A stretch of DNA of 43,301 nt, taken from sequence record SRR22947725_4814. One strand, 5' to 3'. The position numbers were made by a program, and so were the translations under genes. Shown piece by piece: positions 10,576 to 21,034 of this stretch. The first letter of the stretch is position 1. Each line of letters starts with the position of its first letter. The notes beneath the pieces were generated by a model that saw only the letters and a list, made by a program, of their open reading frames with translations, had not been told where the DNA came from and did no database searches.

Positions 10576-11013
10576 CTAGGCCACACCGCCATCTAAAATC
10601 AGCTCGAGAACCTGGTCAGCACTGCCAGAGGCGACTAACACCTCAAGCTTGGTCTCGTCTTGAATTAGTTCGGCTAGGTTGCCAAGAATTTCAACGTGTC
10701 CGTCGCCACTCGAGGCTATTCCCAACACGCAGCTGACCTCCTCATCACCCCAAGTGATGGGCGATGCAAGTCGCAGAAAAACCAGCTGGTCAAAAATTAC
10801 GTGAACACGAGATTCGTCAGTGCCGTGGGGGATTGCAAATCCCATTCCGATTGCCGAGGAGAACTTTTGCTCTCGCTCCCACATCGCAGCTGCATACTCT
10901 GGGCCGATTGCACCCAGTTCTAGAAGTAGCTCGCCGCAGATGCTCACGGCCTCCTCTGATGAGGAGGCCGTGACATCTAACCGGATTCCAGCCTTTTGAA
11001 TCAGATCAGTCAT
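10576..11013 (-). CDS. PTS EIIA component, fructose/mannitol family (MtlF-like)
   Basis: AMWERE...GFAIPHG phospho-His motif. Start moved to ATG 11013 (MTDLIQ), overlapping the IIB stop. Confidence 0.9.
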   Translation of the reverse strand: MTDLIQKAGIRLDVTASSSEEAVSICGELLLELGAIGPEYAAAMWEREQKFSSAIGMGFAIPHGTDESRVHVIFDQLVFLRLASPITWGDEEVSCVLGIASSGDGHVEILGNLAELIQDETKLEVLVASGSADQVLELILDGGVA

Positions 11014-11320
11014 CGCTGATTTCGTGACCTTCCTGAATCTCATTGACCAACTGAGCGATACGCATATCGCCGAGGAACATGTCAAAGATGATTACAGGTG
11101 AGTCAGGAACAGCCTGCTTCGCTCGCTGCGAGAGGCCACGATGGACCAAAACTACATCGTGCGTAGTGTCGGCCAACTGATTCACAGGGGAGTGAGTTAC
11201 TTCGACGCCGTTCGCCTTCAGCTGCTTGGCCAGCATTCTGGCAACCATGACCGAGGAACCCATTCCAGCCTCGCAAGCCACAACTACGTGCTTGACGTCA
11301 GCTCCAGAAATGCTAGCCAT
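11006..11320 (-). CDS. PTS EIIB component, mannitol type, stand-alone
   Basis: VVVACEAGMGSS phospho-Cys loop typical of mannitol IIB; GGAG ribosome-binding site. Confidence 0.9.
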   Translation of the reverse strand: MASISGADVKHVVVACEAGMGSSVMVARMLAKQLKANGVEVTHSPVNQLADTTHDVVLVHRGLSQRAKQAVPDSPVIIFDMFLGDMRIAQLVNEIQEGHEISDD

Positions 11321-11323
11321 GGA

Positions 11324-12439
11324 TTACTCCGCACCGCCGGTCTTCATCGACTTGCTCTTGGCCTTTGCGGCCTCGAGGTCATCATCGCCATCCTTGGAGG
11401 CTTTGAGAATCACAAATGCGACGAGGAAGGAGACGGTGGCCGAAAGGAGAATTCCTAGCAGCACACCAAAGTGGTTTCCTGGAGGGGTAACCGCTAGGTA
11501 GGCGAAAATTGAGCCTGGGGCTGGTGTTGCCACCACGCCAACGCCAGTTACTAGGAAGGTAGCAACACCCGTTGCACCACCAGCAATGGCAGCCAAAACC
11601 AAAATCGGCTTCATTAGTACATATGGGAAGTAGATCTCGTGGATTCCACCCAAGAAGTGAATCACGATCGCGCCTGGAGCACTTCCGCGCAGCACCTTGC
11701 TTCCTGCTGCTAGCCAGACGGCAACCAGGATTCCTAGTCCGGGACCGGGATTGCTCTCAAGCATGAACATGATTGACTTGCCAGCTTCTTCTACCTGAGC
11801 GACTCCAAGTGGAGCGAGCACACCATAATTTATGGCGTTGTTGAGGAACAGGATCTTTGCAGGCTCAATCAGGATGGATGCCAGAGGCAGCAGTCCTGTG
11901 TCAACCAAAACCTTCACACCAGCGCCGAGAGTGTCGGAGAAGGCGTTAACGACCGGTCCGATTCCTACGAAGCCAAGGATGGCCATGAGGAGACCAGATA
12001 TACCAAGGGAGAAGTTTCCGATGAGCATCTCAAATCCTGGAGGGGTGACTGGGTCTAGAACGGCATCAATCTTCTTCAAGATCCATGCAGCCAGGGGACC
12101 AATAAGCATGGCGCCTAGGAACATCGGAATTGAAGCTCCGACAATCACACCTACGGTCGCGACAGAACCAATTACGGCACCGCGCTGACCATGAACCATG
12201 CGACCACCGGTGTAGCCAATGAGGATTGGAAGCAGGTTGTTGAGCATTGGTCCGACCATCGAGGAGAGCTCCTCGTTTGGTAGCCAGCCAGTTGGAATGA
12301 ACAGTGCTGTTAGAAGACCCCATGCGATAAACGCACCGATGTTCGGGATCACCATTCCAGCTAGGTTTCCACCTATCTTTTGAGCCGCTGCGCGCCAGCC
12401 AGTGTGGCCGCCGTCACCCGCGGGTATAAAATTAGCCAT
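11324..12439 (-). CDS. mtlA: PTS mannitol permease EIIC
   Basis: Motifs MVIPNIGAFIAWG, GFEMLIGNFS, EPAKILFLNNAIN, ESNPGPGLG, FLGGIHEIYFPYVL. Confidence 0.94.
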   Translation of the reverse strand: MANFIPAGDGGHTGWRAAAQKIGGNLAGMVIPNIGAFIAWGLLTALFIPTGWLPNEELSSMVGPMLNNLLPILIGYTGGRMVHGQRGAVIGSVATVGVIVGASIPMFLGAMLIGPLAAWILKKIDAVLDPVTPPGFEMLIGNFSLGISGLLMAILGFVGIGPVVNAFSDTLGAGVKVLVDTGLLPLASILIEPAKILFLNNAINYGVLAPLGVAQVEEAGKSIMFMLESNPGPGLGILVAVWLAAGSKVLRGSAPGAIVIHFLGGIHEIYFPYVLMKPILVLAAIAGGATGVATFLVTGVGVVATPAPGSIFAYLAVTPPGNHFGVLLGILLSATVSFLVAFVILKASKDGDDDLEAAKAKSKSMKTGGAE

Positions 12440-12564
12440 GGGTACTACCTTCCTTTAGGGGGTTGTATTCATTGGGCGGTGTCGCTGCTTCGGCATGGTT
12501 TGAGGCCCGCCCTAACAGTGACATCTCCCTTTTTCCAACGGTTTCGGCAATGAACCGAGGAAAT

Positions 12565-13326
12565 CTAATTGGCAAGCGCAACTTCCACTCCTGCCCTACT
12601 GAACGCCTCGACATAAGTCGGGTCGGCGTCAACATTTGTGACCACGCGGTCAAACTGATCAAAATCTGCGAAACGGGCTGGGTAGGTGGGACCAAACTTG
12701 CTGCTGTCGGCAAGCAGGATGCGCTCTACAGAGCGGGACATCATGGTCTTCTTTACTAGGGCCTCGTCGGTGTCGTAAGCGGTCATGCCGCCCTCAAGTC
12801 CGATGCCATTGACACCCAAGAAGCTAACAACGGCGTTGAAGTCAAGGAGGTCAGCAACTGTCTTCGCTCCTACTGCGGAGAGTGTGGCAGGCCTAATACG
12901 TCCTCCCAGAATGGTTACCTGAGTTGTGCTGTCGGCAAGCTTGGAGGCGAGAGTGATGTGGTTGGTCACAACCATTAGCTTTGGCTTGTTGCGCAGGTGA
13001 GGCTCCAGGTACTCGGTAGTAGTACCGCCGTCAACAAAGATGCAGCCCTCTTCGGGAATGTATGCCGCGGCAACATCGGCAACCGACTGCTTTTGCTGGG
13101 GGTTCCGGTTGTACCGCTCGGGGATGGTGTATTCGCGTGCAAATCTCTCTAGGGCGATCGCGCCACCGTGCACCCGGCGAAGTGCGCCTCTGCGCTGAAG
13201 GACGTCTAGGTCACGCCTTACGGTCTCTACCGCTACGTCCAATTTGTTCGCAGCCACGTTTGCGTCGAGTCGACCATCTTCTCTGGTCCACTCCGCAAGC
13301 TTTAGTCTGCGCTCTTCAGCTAACAC
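12565..13326 (-). CDS. DeoR/GlpR-family transcriptional regulator
   Basis: Helix-turn-helix VAVETVRRDL...RRVHGGA, then DGGTT and LADSSKF in the sugar-phosphate sensor domain. Confidence 0.93.
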   Translation of the reverse strand: MLAEERRLKLAEWTREDGRLDANVAANKLDVAVETVRRDLDVLQRRGALRRVHGGAIALERFAREYTIPERYNRNPQQKQSVADVAAAYIPEEGCIFVDGGTTTEYLEPHLRNKPKLMVVTNHITLASKLADSTTQVTILGGRIRPATLSAVGAKTVADLLDFNAVVSFLGVNGIGLEGGMTAYDTDEALVKKTMMSRSVERILLADSSKFGPTYPARFADFDQFDRVVTNVDADPTYVEAFSRAGVEVALAN

Positions 13327-13344
13327 CCTTGTCAGTCTCCGAAA

Positions 13345-13412
13345 TTGTCCGTTTACAAGTAATTGCTAAGAAAGTAGCACCGCAAACGGGCAATTGAAAC
13401 TAAAACGGGCAA
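13345..13412 (-). promoter_or_regulatory. Promoter and candidate operator of the mannitol PTS operon
   Basis: Minus strand TTTCAA (13394-13399)-N17-TACTTT (13371-13376) with TG extension. AAACGGGCAA occurs at 13384-13393 and 13403-13412, with an inverted variant TTGTCCGTTT at 13345-13354. Confidence 0.55.
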
Positions 13413-13440
13413 AAACCCACAAATTCAGATAACGATTCTA

Positions 13441-14169
13441 TTAACTGGTTTCTCTGGCAACCTGGTCCATTACAAGCCTCCACCACAGATAAAAAGCGGC
13501 AAGTCCAAACAGGAGCCACTCGATGGCATAAAAAGCGGTGAGCCAATTGATCTCTACGGTCTCATCTTGAATGCCGATTGAGATCCGCTCAGCCTCTATG
13601 GCAATCCCATCCTGAACAATTACGTAGGCTGGGAAACTCTCGAAAGCTTCGTCGGCATAGAGGTTCACAAGCTGCGCCAGTGCCACTGACCCCAGGGTTC
13701 CTGGCTCTGATTCGGTTACCGGTTCGCTTGGCTCCAGGTAGCCAACGATTTCAAACTCTCCCGCCGGCACCTGAATCTCAGCGGCCTCTTCCAGCTCGGT
13801 TGCGAACCCAAGCGCAAGCGTCAGACTTGCTCCGGTTTCCTTTTCGATGCTGTTGGCCACAACCCAGTAACCCTGCACTTGCTCACCCGCTTGGACCTGA
13901 AGGCGATCGGAAACCACATACACATTTTCTGGATCTGTCGAGACCGTAGCTGTCACCAGTCGGTCATAGCTTCCAGGTGCTAAACGCCCAGGTGCTGAAA
14001 GCTCTGAAATTGGAACCGGCTCAAGCTCGATATCAACTCCAACGGCCACAAAGGTTCTGGAGAACTGCCACTGCATCAAAGCAGCGAAGGTGCCGGCGAC
14101 TATGAATGCGACCAAAAGCCCGGCAATCCACTTAGGCCTGCGGGCAACGGAGAAGAAGCTTGGCTTCAT
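13441..14169 (-). CDS. SURF1-family membrane protein
   Basis: N-terminal TM followed by QWQ, a soluble middle, and C-terminal FYAIEWLLF plus TM. ATG abuts the guaB3 stop. Confidence 0.8.
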   Translation of the reverse strand: MKPSFFSVARRPKWIAGLLVAFIVAGTFAALMQWQFSRTFVAVGVDIELEPVPISELSAPGRLAPGSYDRLVTATVSTDPENVYVVSDRLQVQAGEQVQGYWVVANSIEKETGASLTLALGFATELEEAAEIQVPAGEFEIVGYLEPSEPVTESEPGTLGSVALAQLVNLYADEAFESFPAYVIVQDGIAIEAERISIGIQDETVEINWLTAFYAIEWLLFGLAAFYLWWRLVMDQVARETS

Positions 14170-15285
14170 CTACCCATAAGGGTTGAGAACGACATCGACT
14201 CGCTGGAATTCCTTGAGGTCGGAGTAGCCGGTGGTGGCCATTGACCTCTTGAGGGCGCCGATGAGGTTTGCGGTGCCGCTTGCGGATGCAGCCGGCCCGG
14301 TCAGAATATTTTCTAGGGAACCGTGAGACCCCACCCAGACTCTTTGCCCGCGAGGTAGCTTCTGGTTCACGGCCTCGCTACCCCAGTGCCATCCGGCTCC
14401 CGGTGCCTCGGCGGCCCTAGCCAACATGGTCCCCAGCATCACGGCATCAGCGCCACATGCCACAGCCTTCACAACATCGCCACTGGTTCCAAGTCCTCCA
14501 TCGGCGATGACGTGCACATAGCGGCCACCCGACTCATCCATATAGTCGCGTCTGGCAGCCGCCACATCCGCAACTGCGGTTGCCATTGGAGCGTGAATGC
14601 CAAGTACGTTCCTTGTTGCTCCGGCTGCGCCACCACCAAAGCCAACCAGCACGCCAGCGGCTCCAGTCCTCATGAGGTGCAGAGCTGCGGTGTAGGTGGC
14701 TGCGCCACCAACAATCACCGGAACGTCCAACTTGTATATGAACTCCTTGAGGTTGAGAGGCTCTACCTGCTTCGAAACGTGCTCCGCAGAAACAGTGTTT
14801 CCACGAATCACGAACATGTCTACTCCGGCCTTTATGACTATGTCCGCAAACTCGGCGGTGCGCTGAGGGCTCAGGGCGCCTGCAACCGTCACACCTGAGT
14901 CGCGAATCTCTCCCAGCCGTTGGGAAATTAGCTCTGGCTGGATTGGCTTTGAATAAACCCTCTGGAGTACAGCGGTTGCGTCCTCATCCTTGGCACTTGC
15001 AATCTCAGCCAGCTGCTGGGTTGGATCCTCATAGCGAGTCCAAAGCCCTTCCAGGTCCAAAACTCCAAGACCGCCCATCTTTCCAAGCGCAATTGCGGTG
15101 GCGGGGCTCATGGCAGAGTCCATAGGAGCTGCAACAACAGGAAGCTCGAACTTGAAGGCATCGATCGTCCAAGCTGTTGACACATCCTCGGGGTCACGGG
15201 TTCGACGGGTTGGAATTACCGCCACATCATCAAAGGCATAGCCAACCCGGGCGCTCTTCGCCTTACCTATTTCTACTTCAGACAT
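14170..15285 (-). CDS. guaB3: GuaB3-family IMP dehydrogenase-related protein
   Basis: Motifs APMDS, GGLGVLDLEGLWTRY, ALHLMRTGAAGVLVG, RRDYMDESGGRYVHVIADG. The catalytic Cys loop is replaced by GFGGGAAGAT. Confidence 0.93.
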   Translation of the reverse strand: MSEVEIGKAKSARVGYAFDDVAVIPTRRTRDPEDVSTAWTIDAFKFELPVVAAPMDSAMSPATAIALGKMGGLGVLDLEGLWTRYEDPTQQLAEIASAKDEDATAVLQRVYSKPIQPELISQRLGEIRDSGVTVAGALSPQRTAEFADIVIKAGVDMFVIRGNTVSAEHVSKQVEPLNLKEFIYKLDVPVIVGGAATYTAALHLMRTGAAGVLVGFGGGAAGATRNVLGIHAPMATAVADVAAARRDYMDESGGRYVHVIADGGLGTSGDVVKAVACGADAVMLGTMLARAAEAPGAGWHWGSEAVNQKLPRGQRVWVGSHGSLENILTGPAASASGTANLIGALKRSMATTGYSDLKEFQRVDVVLNPYG

Positions 15286-15294
15286 CTAGGCCTC

Positions 15295-16821
<1,527 letters not shown>

Positions 16822-16985
16822 TCAGACCCTCAATCCTACCCAGCGCAAGGCCGAGCTGGCGAGGGGTGCCTTGGGTTGCTTTTCTGGTGGCTGCTTCTCA
16901 AACCCACTACGCTGGTATGGTTTTGTACTACCCCGAGAAGGGGACAAAGGCCAGGCAAAGGTGCCTGGAGGGATTTGGAGGAGAA

Positions 16986-18284
16986 GTGAAGATCCTCTTG
17001 GATAACTCTCGACGCAGGGTTTTCCGGGTACTTATTGTCGCCGTCTTGGCTCTATTTGGGGGCCTGAGCGTTGCAGCTCCGGCGCTGGGAGACAGCGTCG
17101 GCGAGGAGTACTCGGCCACAATCTTCGGAAACGTCAAGGTTGATGGTGAGCCCATTGCTGGAGTTCGAATAGTCGTTGATGGCGGAGGCTACACAGCTGA
17201 AGTGCTCACCGACGCAGATGGCCGTTGGTCGATTGGCGTGCCCGAGGTCCGCAATTACAACGTAACCCTGGACGAGACGACTCTGCCGGAGGGAATTGCC
17301 ATTCTAGAGGGCGGGGCAACGCAGGAGGTCGAATTCGGTCTCACCGATCGAGTGGCGAAGAACTTCTTCATAGGTGAGGGTGAACGCAACGAGACTTCGA
17401 TGTTTGACCAGATCGTCTCAAGGTTTATCTACGGAATTAACTTCGGCCTAATGCTCGGACTTGCCGCTGTCGGTGTCTCGCTGGTGTTCGGAACAACCGG
17501 GCTTTCCAACTTCTCCCACGGTGAGATGGTTACCTTCGGAGCGGTAGCGGCCCTAATCTTTGGCGTTGGCCTGCAGCTTCCGCTATTCGTTGCTATCCCA
17601 ATCGCAGTGGCTCTATCAGCCGGTTTGGGGTGGTCATTGGATGCCGGGCTCTGGCGGCCGCTTAGGAAAAAGGGGTTGGGCATTGTCCAGCTGATGATTG
17701 TCTCCATTGGACTCTCACTGACAATGCGCTACGTCATCCAGTTTGTTATTGGTGGCGCAACAGAACAGCTGCCTGGTTTTGACTCTCCCAAGATCAACCT
17801 GTTTGGTGCCGTCGCACTTAGCTCCACGGACCTGATGTCTATGGGTTTGAGCATCGTCGTCATTATTGCTTTCGCCTACTGGCTCCTCAGGACCAAGACG
17901 GGCAAGGCAACAAGAGCGATCTCAGATAACCCAGACCTAGCTGCAGCTTCGGGCATCGATGTCGACAAGGTCATCAGAATTGTTTGGATTATGGCTGCAT
18001 CACTGGCTGGTTTGGCCGGAGTGCTCTGGGCCTACTTCCGACCTGGAATCAAGTGGGACATGGGAACCCAGATTCTGCTTCTAATCTTTGCCGCGGTTAC
18101 CCTCGGAGGTCTCGGCACGGCATTTGGTGCACTGATTGGTGCACTGGTTGTTGGTGTGCTCGTCGAGATGTCGGGCCTAATCATCCCGGCCGACCTAAAG
18201 TACGTTGGAGCGCTGGTCGTTCTGATTGTCGTCCTGCTGGTTAGACCGCAGGGATTGTTGGGCCGAAAACAGAGAGTTGGGTAG
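16986..18284 (+). CDS. livH: Branched-chain amino acid-type ABC permease (LivH-like) with N-terminal extracytoplasmic domain
   Basis: Motifs GVSLVFG...NFSHGE, TKTGKATRAISDNPDLAAASGID, FAAVTLGGLG, RPQGLLG. Start moved to GTG 16986 (GGAGGAG ribosome-binding site). Confidence 0.9.
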   Translation: MKILLDNSRRRVFRVLIVAVLALFGGLSVAAPALGDSVGEEYSATIFGNVKVDGEPIAGVRIVVDGGGYTAEVLTDADGRWSIGVPEVRNYNVTLDETTLPEGIAILEGGATQEVEFGLTDRVAKNFFIGEGERNETSMFDQIVSRFIYGINFGLMLGLAAVGVSLVFGTTGLSNFSHGEMVTFGAVAALIFGVGLQLPLFVAIPIAVALSAGLGWSLDAGLWRPLRKKGLGIVQLMIVSIGLSLTMRYVIQFVIGGATEQLPGFDSPKINLFGAVALSSTDLMSMGLSIVVIIAFAYWLLRTKTGKATRAISDNPDLAAASGIDVDKVIRIVWIMAASLAGLAGVLWAYFRPGIKWDMGTQILLLIFAAVTLGGLGTAFGALIGALVVGVLVEMSGLIIPADLKYVGALVVLIVVLLVRPQGLLGRKQRVG

Positions 18285-18294
18285 GAGGTAGACC

Positions 18295-19287
18295 ATGGAC
18301 TGGGGATCAATTCTCAATAACACTCTGGCGGGCTTTCTAACCCCGACCACGATTGCCTTCGCACTGGCTGCGCTGGGTCTTGCAATGCACTTCGGTTTCG
18401 CAGGGCTTCTGAACTTCGGTATCGCAGGCTTTATGGCTATCGGTGGCTACGGCTACGCGATCTCCGTGCTCACCTTTGGGCTGCCCTGGTGGGCAGGCAT
18501 GCTGGTTGGAGTTCTTGGATCTGTGGTGTTTGCGCTAATCCTGGGTATTCCGACGCTGAGGCTTCGAGGCGACTACCTGGCGATCGCGACCATCGCGGCC
18601 GCCGAGATTGCCAGGCTGCTCTTCTTGACCACTGCCTTCACGGACGTGACAGGCTCTGCAGACGGCCTCTTTGGCTTCAACTCCAGGCCTGACGGTTCAG
18701 GATTCCAGAACTCAAACCCAATCCCTCAGGGAACGTACGGATTTGGACCATTTACCTACAACGAGCAAACGCTGTGGGTGTTGGTCTTCGGACTGATTGT
18801 TCTTACCGTGGCTGTCTGGTTCCTGTGGGCCCTAATGCGTTCCCCTTGGGGCAGAGTCATCAAGGGCATTCGAGAGGACGAGGAGGCCGTTAGGTCCCTT
18901 GGCAAGAACGTCTTCGCCTACAAGCTTCAGGCGCTGGTAATCGGAGGTGTCTTCGGAGCCCTCGGTGGCATCATCTACACCGCCGCCCAGAACATCTCCC
19001 CTGGAGTCTATGTAACCTCGCTTACCTTCTTCATCTGGACCTCGCTGCTACTTGGTGGCGCTGCCACAATCTTTGGGCCGGTAATTGGAGCGGTTATCTT
19101 CTGGGTCATCCAGGCATTCCTCTCCAACGTACTTCCTGAGCTTGCCACTTCCGGCATCCTTCCAGTATCGACTACCCAGGCCTCAACCCTGAGGTTCGTG
19201 CTCGTGGGTATAGGGCTGATGCTGCTGGTCATATATCGCCCTCAGGGCATCTTCGGAGACAAGAGGGAGCTGACCTTTGTCAAATAA
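18295..19287 (+). CDS. livM: Branched-chain amino acid-type ABC permease (LivM-like)
   Basis: Motifs GLLNFG, LRLRGDYLAIATI, SPWGRVIKGIREDE, RPQGIFG; AGGAGG ribosome-binding site. Confidence 0.92.
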   Translation: MDWGSILNNTLAGFLTPTTIAFALAALGLAMHFGFAGLLNFGIAGFMAIGGYGYAISVLTFGLPWWAGMLVGVLGSVVFALILGIPTLRLRGDYLAIATIAAAEIARLLFLTTAFTDVTGSADGLFGFNSRPDGSGFQNSNPIPQGTYGFGPFTYNEQTLWVLVFGLIVLTVAVWFLWALMRSPWGRVIKGIREDEEAVRSLGKNVFAYKLQALVIGGVFGALGGIIYTAAQNISPGVYVTSLTFFIWTSLLLGGAATIFGPVIGAVIFWVIQAFLSNVLPELATSGILPVSTTQASTLRFVLVGIGLMLLVIYRPQGIFGDKRELTFVK

Positions 19288-20167
19288 CGAGAAGCCACAA
19301 AAGACAACCGACCTCCACATCGGTGATGCAGTCCCAGGCTGCAAGAAGAAGGACCCGATGCTGGTCATCGACCACGTGAAGAAGACCTTTGGCGGTCTGA
19401 CGGCAGTAGACGTTGAGCACCTCGAGATCCCCTCGGGAGTGATCACTGCTCTCATTGGTCCAAACGGTGCGGGTAAGACCACGCTGTTCAACCTGCTGAC
19501 CGGGTTTGACACCCCAGACACTGGCACCTGGTCCTTTATGGGGACCTCGCTATCTGGCGTGCCATCATTCAAGGTTGCCCAGATGGGCCAGGTCCGCACC
19601 TTCCAGCTGACAAAGGCGCTTAGCCTCTTGACCGTAATCGAGAACATGAAGCTCGGTGCCAAAGGCCAAAGTGGCGAAAGCATCTTTAGGGCCCTGTTCC
19701 CAGGGTTCTGGAAGAAGCAGGACGCGGACATCGAGGTCAAGGCCATGGAGCTTCTCAAGCGCTTCAAGCTCGACACTAAAAAAGATGACTTTGCCGCATC
19801 CCTCTCGGGAGGGCAGCGCAAGCTGCTCGAGATGGCTCGTGCCCTGATGACCGACCCGACCCTGGTCATGCTCGACGAGCCAATGGCGGGTGTGAACCCA
19901 GCACTTACCCAGTCTCTTCTGGACCACGTGATTAGCCTCAAGGGTGAGGGTATGACCGTACTGTTCGTTGAGCACGACATGCACATGGTTCGTCACATTG
20001 CCGACTGGGTTGTGGTCATGGCGGAGGGCAAGGTTGTGGCCGAAGGCCCACCTGACACAGTCATGAAGGAGCAAGCCGTTATTGACGCCTACCTCGGCGC
20101 CCACCAGGAAACCGACCTTGGTGAGGTCACCGGCAGAATCAACATCATCAAAGGGGAGGACAAGTGA
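19277..20167 (+). CDS. livG: ABC ATP-binding protein (LivG-like)
   Basis: Motifs FGGLTAV, GPNGAGKTT, RTFQ, LSGGQ, LDEPMAG, EHDM, AYLG. Confidence 0.93.
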   Translation: MSNNEKPQKTTDLHIGDAVPGCKKKDPMLVIDHVKKTFGGLTAVDVEHLEIPSGVITALIGPNGAGKTTLFNLLTGFDTPDTGTWSFMGTSLSGVPSFKVAQMGQVRTFQLTKALSLLTVIENMKLGAKGQSGESIFRALFPGFWKKQDADIEVKAMELLKRFKLDTKKDDFAASLSGGQRKLLEMARALMTDPTLVMLDEPMAGVNPALTQSLLDHVISLKGEGMTVLFVEHDMHMVRHIADWVVVMAEGKVVAEGPPDTVMKEQAVIDAYLGAHQETDLGEVTGRINIIKGEDK

Positions 20168-20886
20168 GCGACACAGTAATTGAGGTTAAAGACCTCGTCG
20201 CCGGCTACCTCCCAGGCGTAAACATTCTCAATGGCACCAACTTCCACGCCGACAAGGGTGAGCTGATTGGAATCATCGGCCCGAATGGAGCCGGTAAGTC
20301 AACGCTGCTCAAGGCCATCTTTGGACTCGTAAAGGTACGTGAAGGCTCGATTACCCTCAACGGCGAATCAATCGTGGGACTCAAGTCAAACCAGCTTGTC
20401 GCCAAGGGTGTCGGCTTCATTCCTCAGAACAACAATGTGTTCCCCTCACTCACCATCGAGGAGAATCTCCAGATGGGTGCATTCCAGGAGCCTGAGAAAT
20501 ACTCCGAGAGACTCGACTTCGTAATCTCTATCTTTGAGGAGCTGGGGAAGCGCCTAAAGCAGCGTGCAGGTTCGCTATCGGGTGGTGAGAGGCAGATGGT
20601 TGCCATGAGCCGAGCCCTCATGATGGACCCTACTGTCTTGCTCCTAGACGAGCCTTCAGCCGGACTTAGCCCGGTTAGACAGGACGAGGCATTCCTCAGG
20701 GTTTCCGACATCAACAAGGCCGGTGTGACATGCATCATGGTCGAGCAGAACGCTCGACGTTGCCTTCAGATTTCAGATCGTGCCTATGTGCTTGATCAAG
20801 GTAAGGATGCCGTTGTGGGAACAGGCCGTGAGCTTCTGAACGACCCACAGGTCATCGGTCTTTACCTAGGAACCCTTGGCACCTAA
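20164..20886 (+). CDS. livF: ABC ATP-binding protein (LivF-like)
   Basis: Motifs GPNGAGKST, LSGGERQM, LDEPSAGLSP, VEQN, YLG. Confidence 0.93.
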   Translation: MSDTVIEVKDLVAGYLPGVNILNGTNFHADKGELIGIIGPNGAGKSTLLKAIFGLVKVREGSITLNGESIVGLKSNQLVAKGVGFIPQNNNVFPSLTIEENLQMGAFQEPEKYSERLDFVISIFEELGKRLKQRAGSLSGGERQMVAMSRALMMDPTVLLLDEPSAGLSPVRQDEAFLRVSDINKAGVTCIMVEQNARRCLQISDRAYVLDQGKDAVVGTGRELLNDPQVIGLYLGTLGT

Positions 20887-21034
20887 GCCCAAGGCTCCAA
20901 CAGGCTCTGGCATTGGCGTCGGTGTCGCCATCGGTGTCGCCGTTGGCGTGGCCACAGACAATCTCGCTCTTTGGATTGCACTCGGAGTCGCTCTGGGAGC
21001 TGCCTTCGAGGTGACAGTCCCCAAAGGCAAATAG
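20876..21034 (+). CDS. Small (52 aa) glycine-zipper membrane protein
   Basis: Below the ORF-track cutoff. TTG 20876 follows AGGA and overlaps the livF end. Translation MAPKPKAPTGSGIGVGVAIGVAVGVATDNLALWIALGVALGAAFEVTVPKGK; stop lies just before the terminator. Confidence 0.7.
   Translation: MAPKPKAPTGSGIGVGVAIGVAVGVATDNLALWIALGVALGAAFEVTVPKGK

Noticed and set aside
12432..12759. ORFs of 93 and 98 aa spanning the deoR end and the spacer
   Set aside because: They overlap deoR out of frame or antisense and show no motifs.
16866..16985. Extended N-terminus of livH
   Set aside because: The region holds the likely promoter (TATGGT at 16916-16921) and the GGAGGAG ribosome-binding site for GTG 16986.
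19183..20104. Long antisense ORFs (267 and 179 aa) over livG
   Set aside because: Typical shadow frames of GC-biased ABC ATPase genes, with no recognisable motifs.
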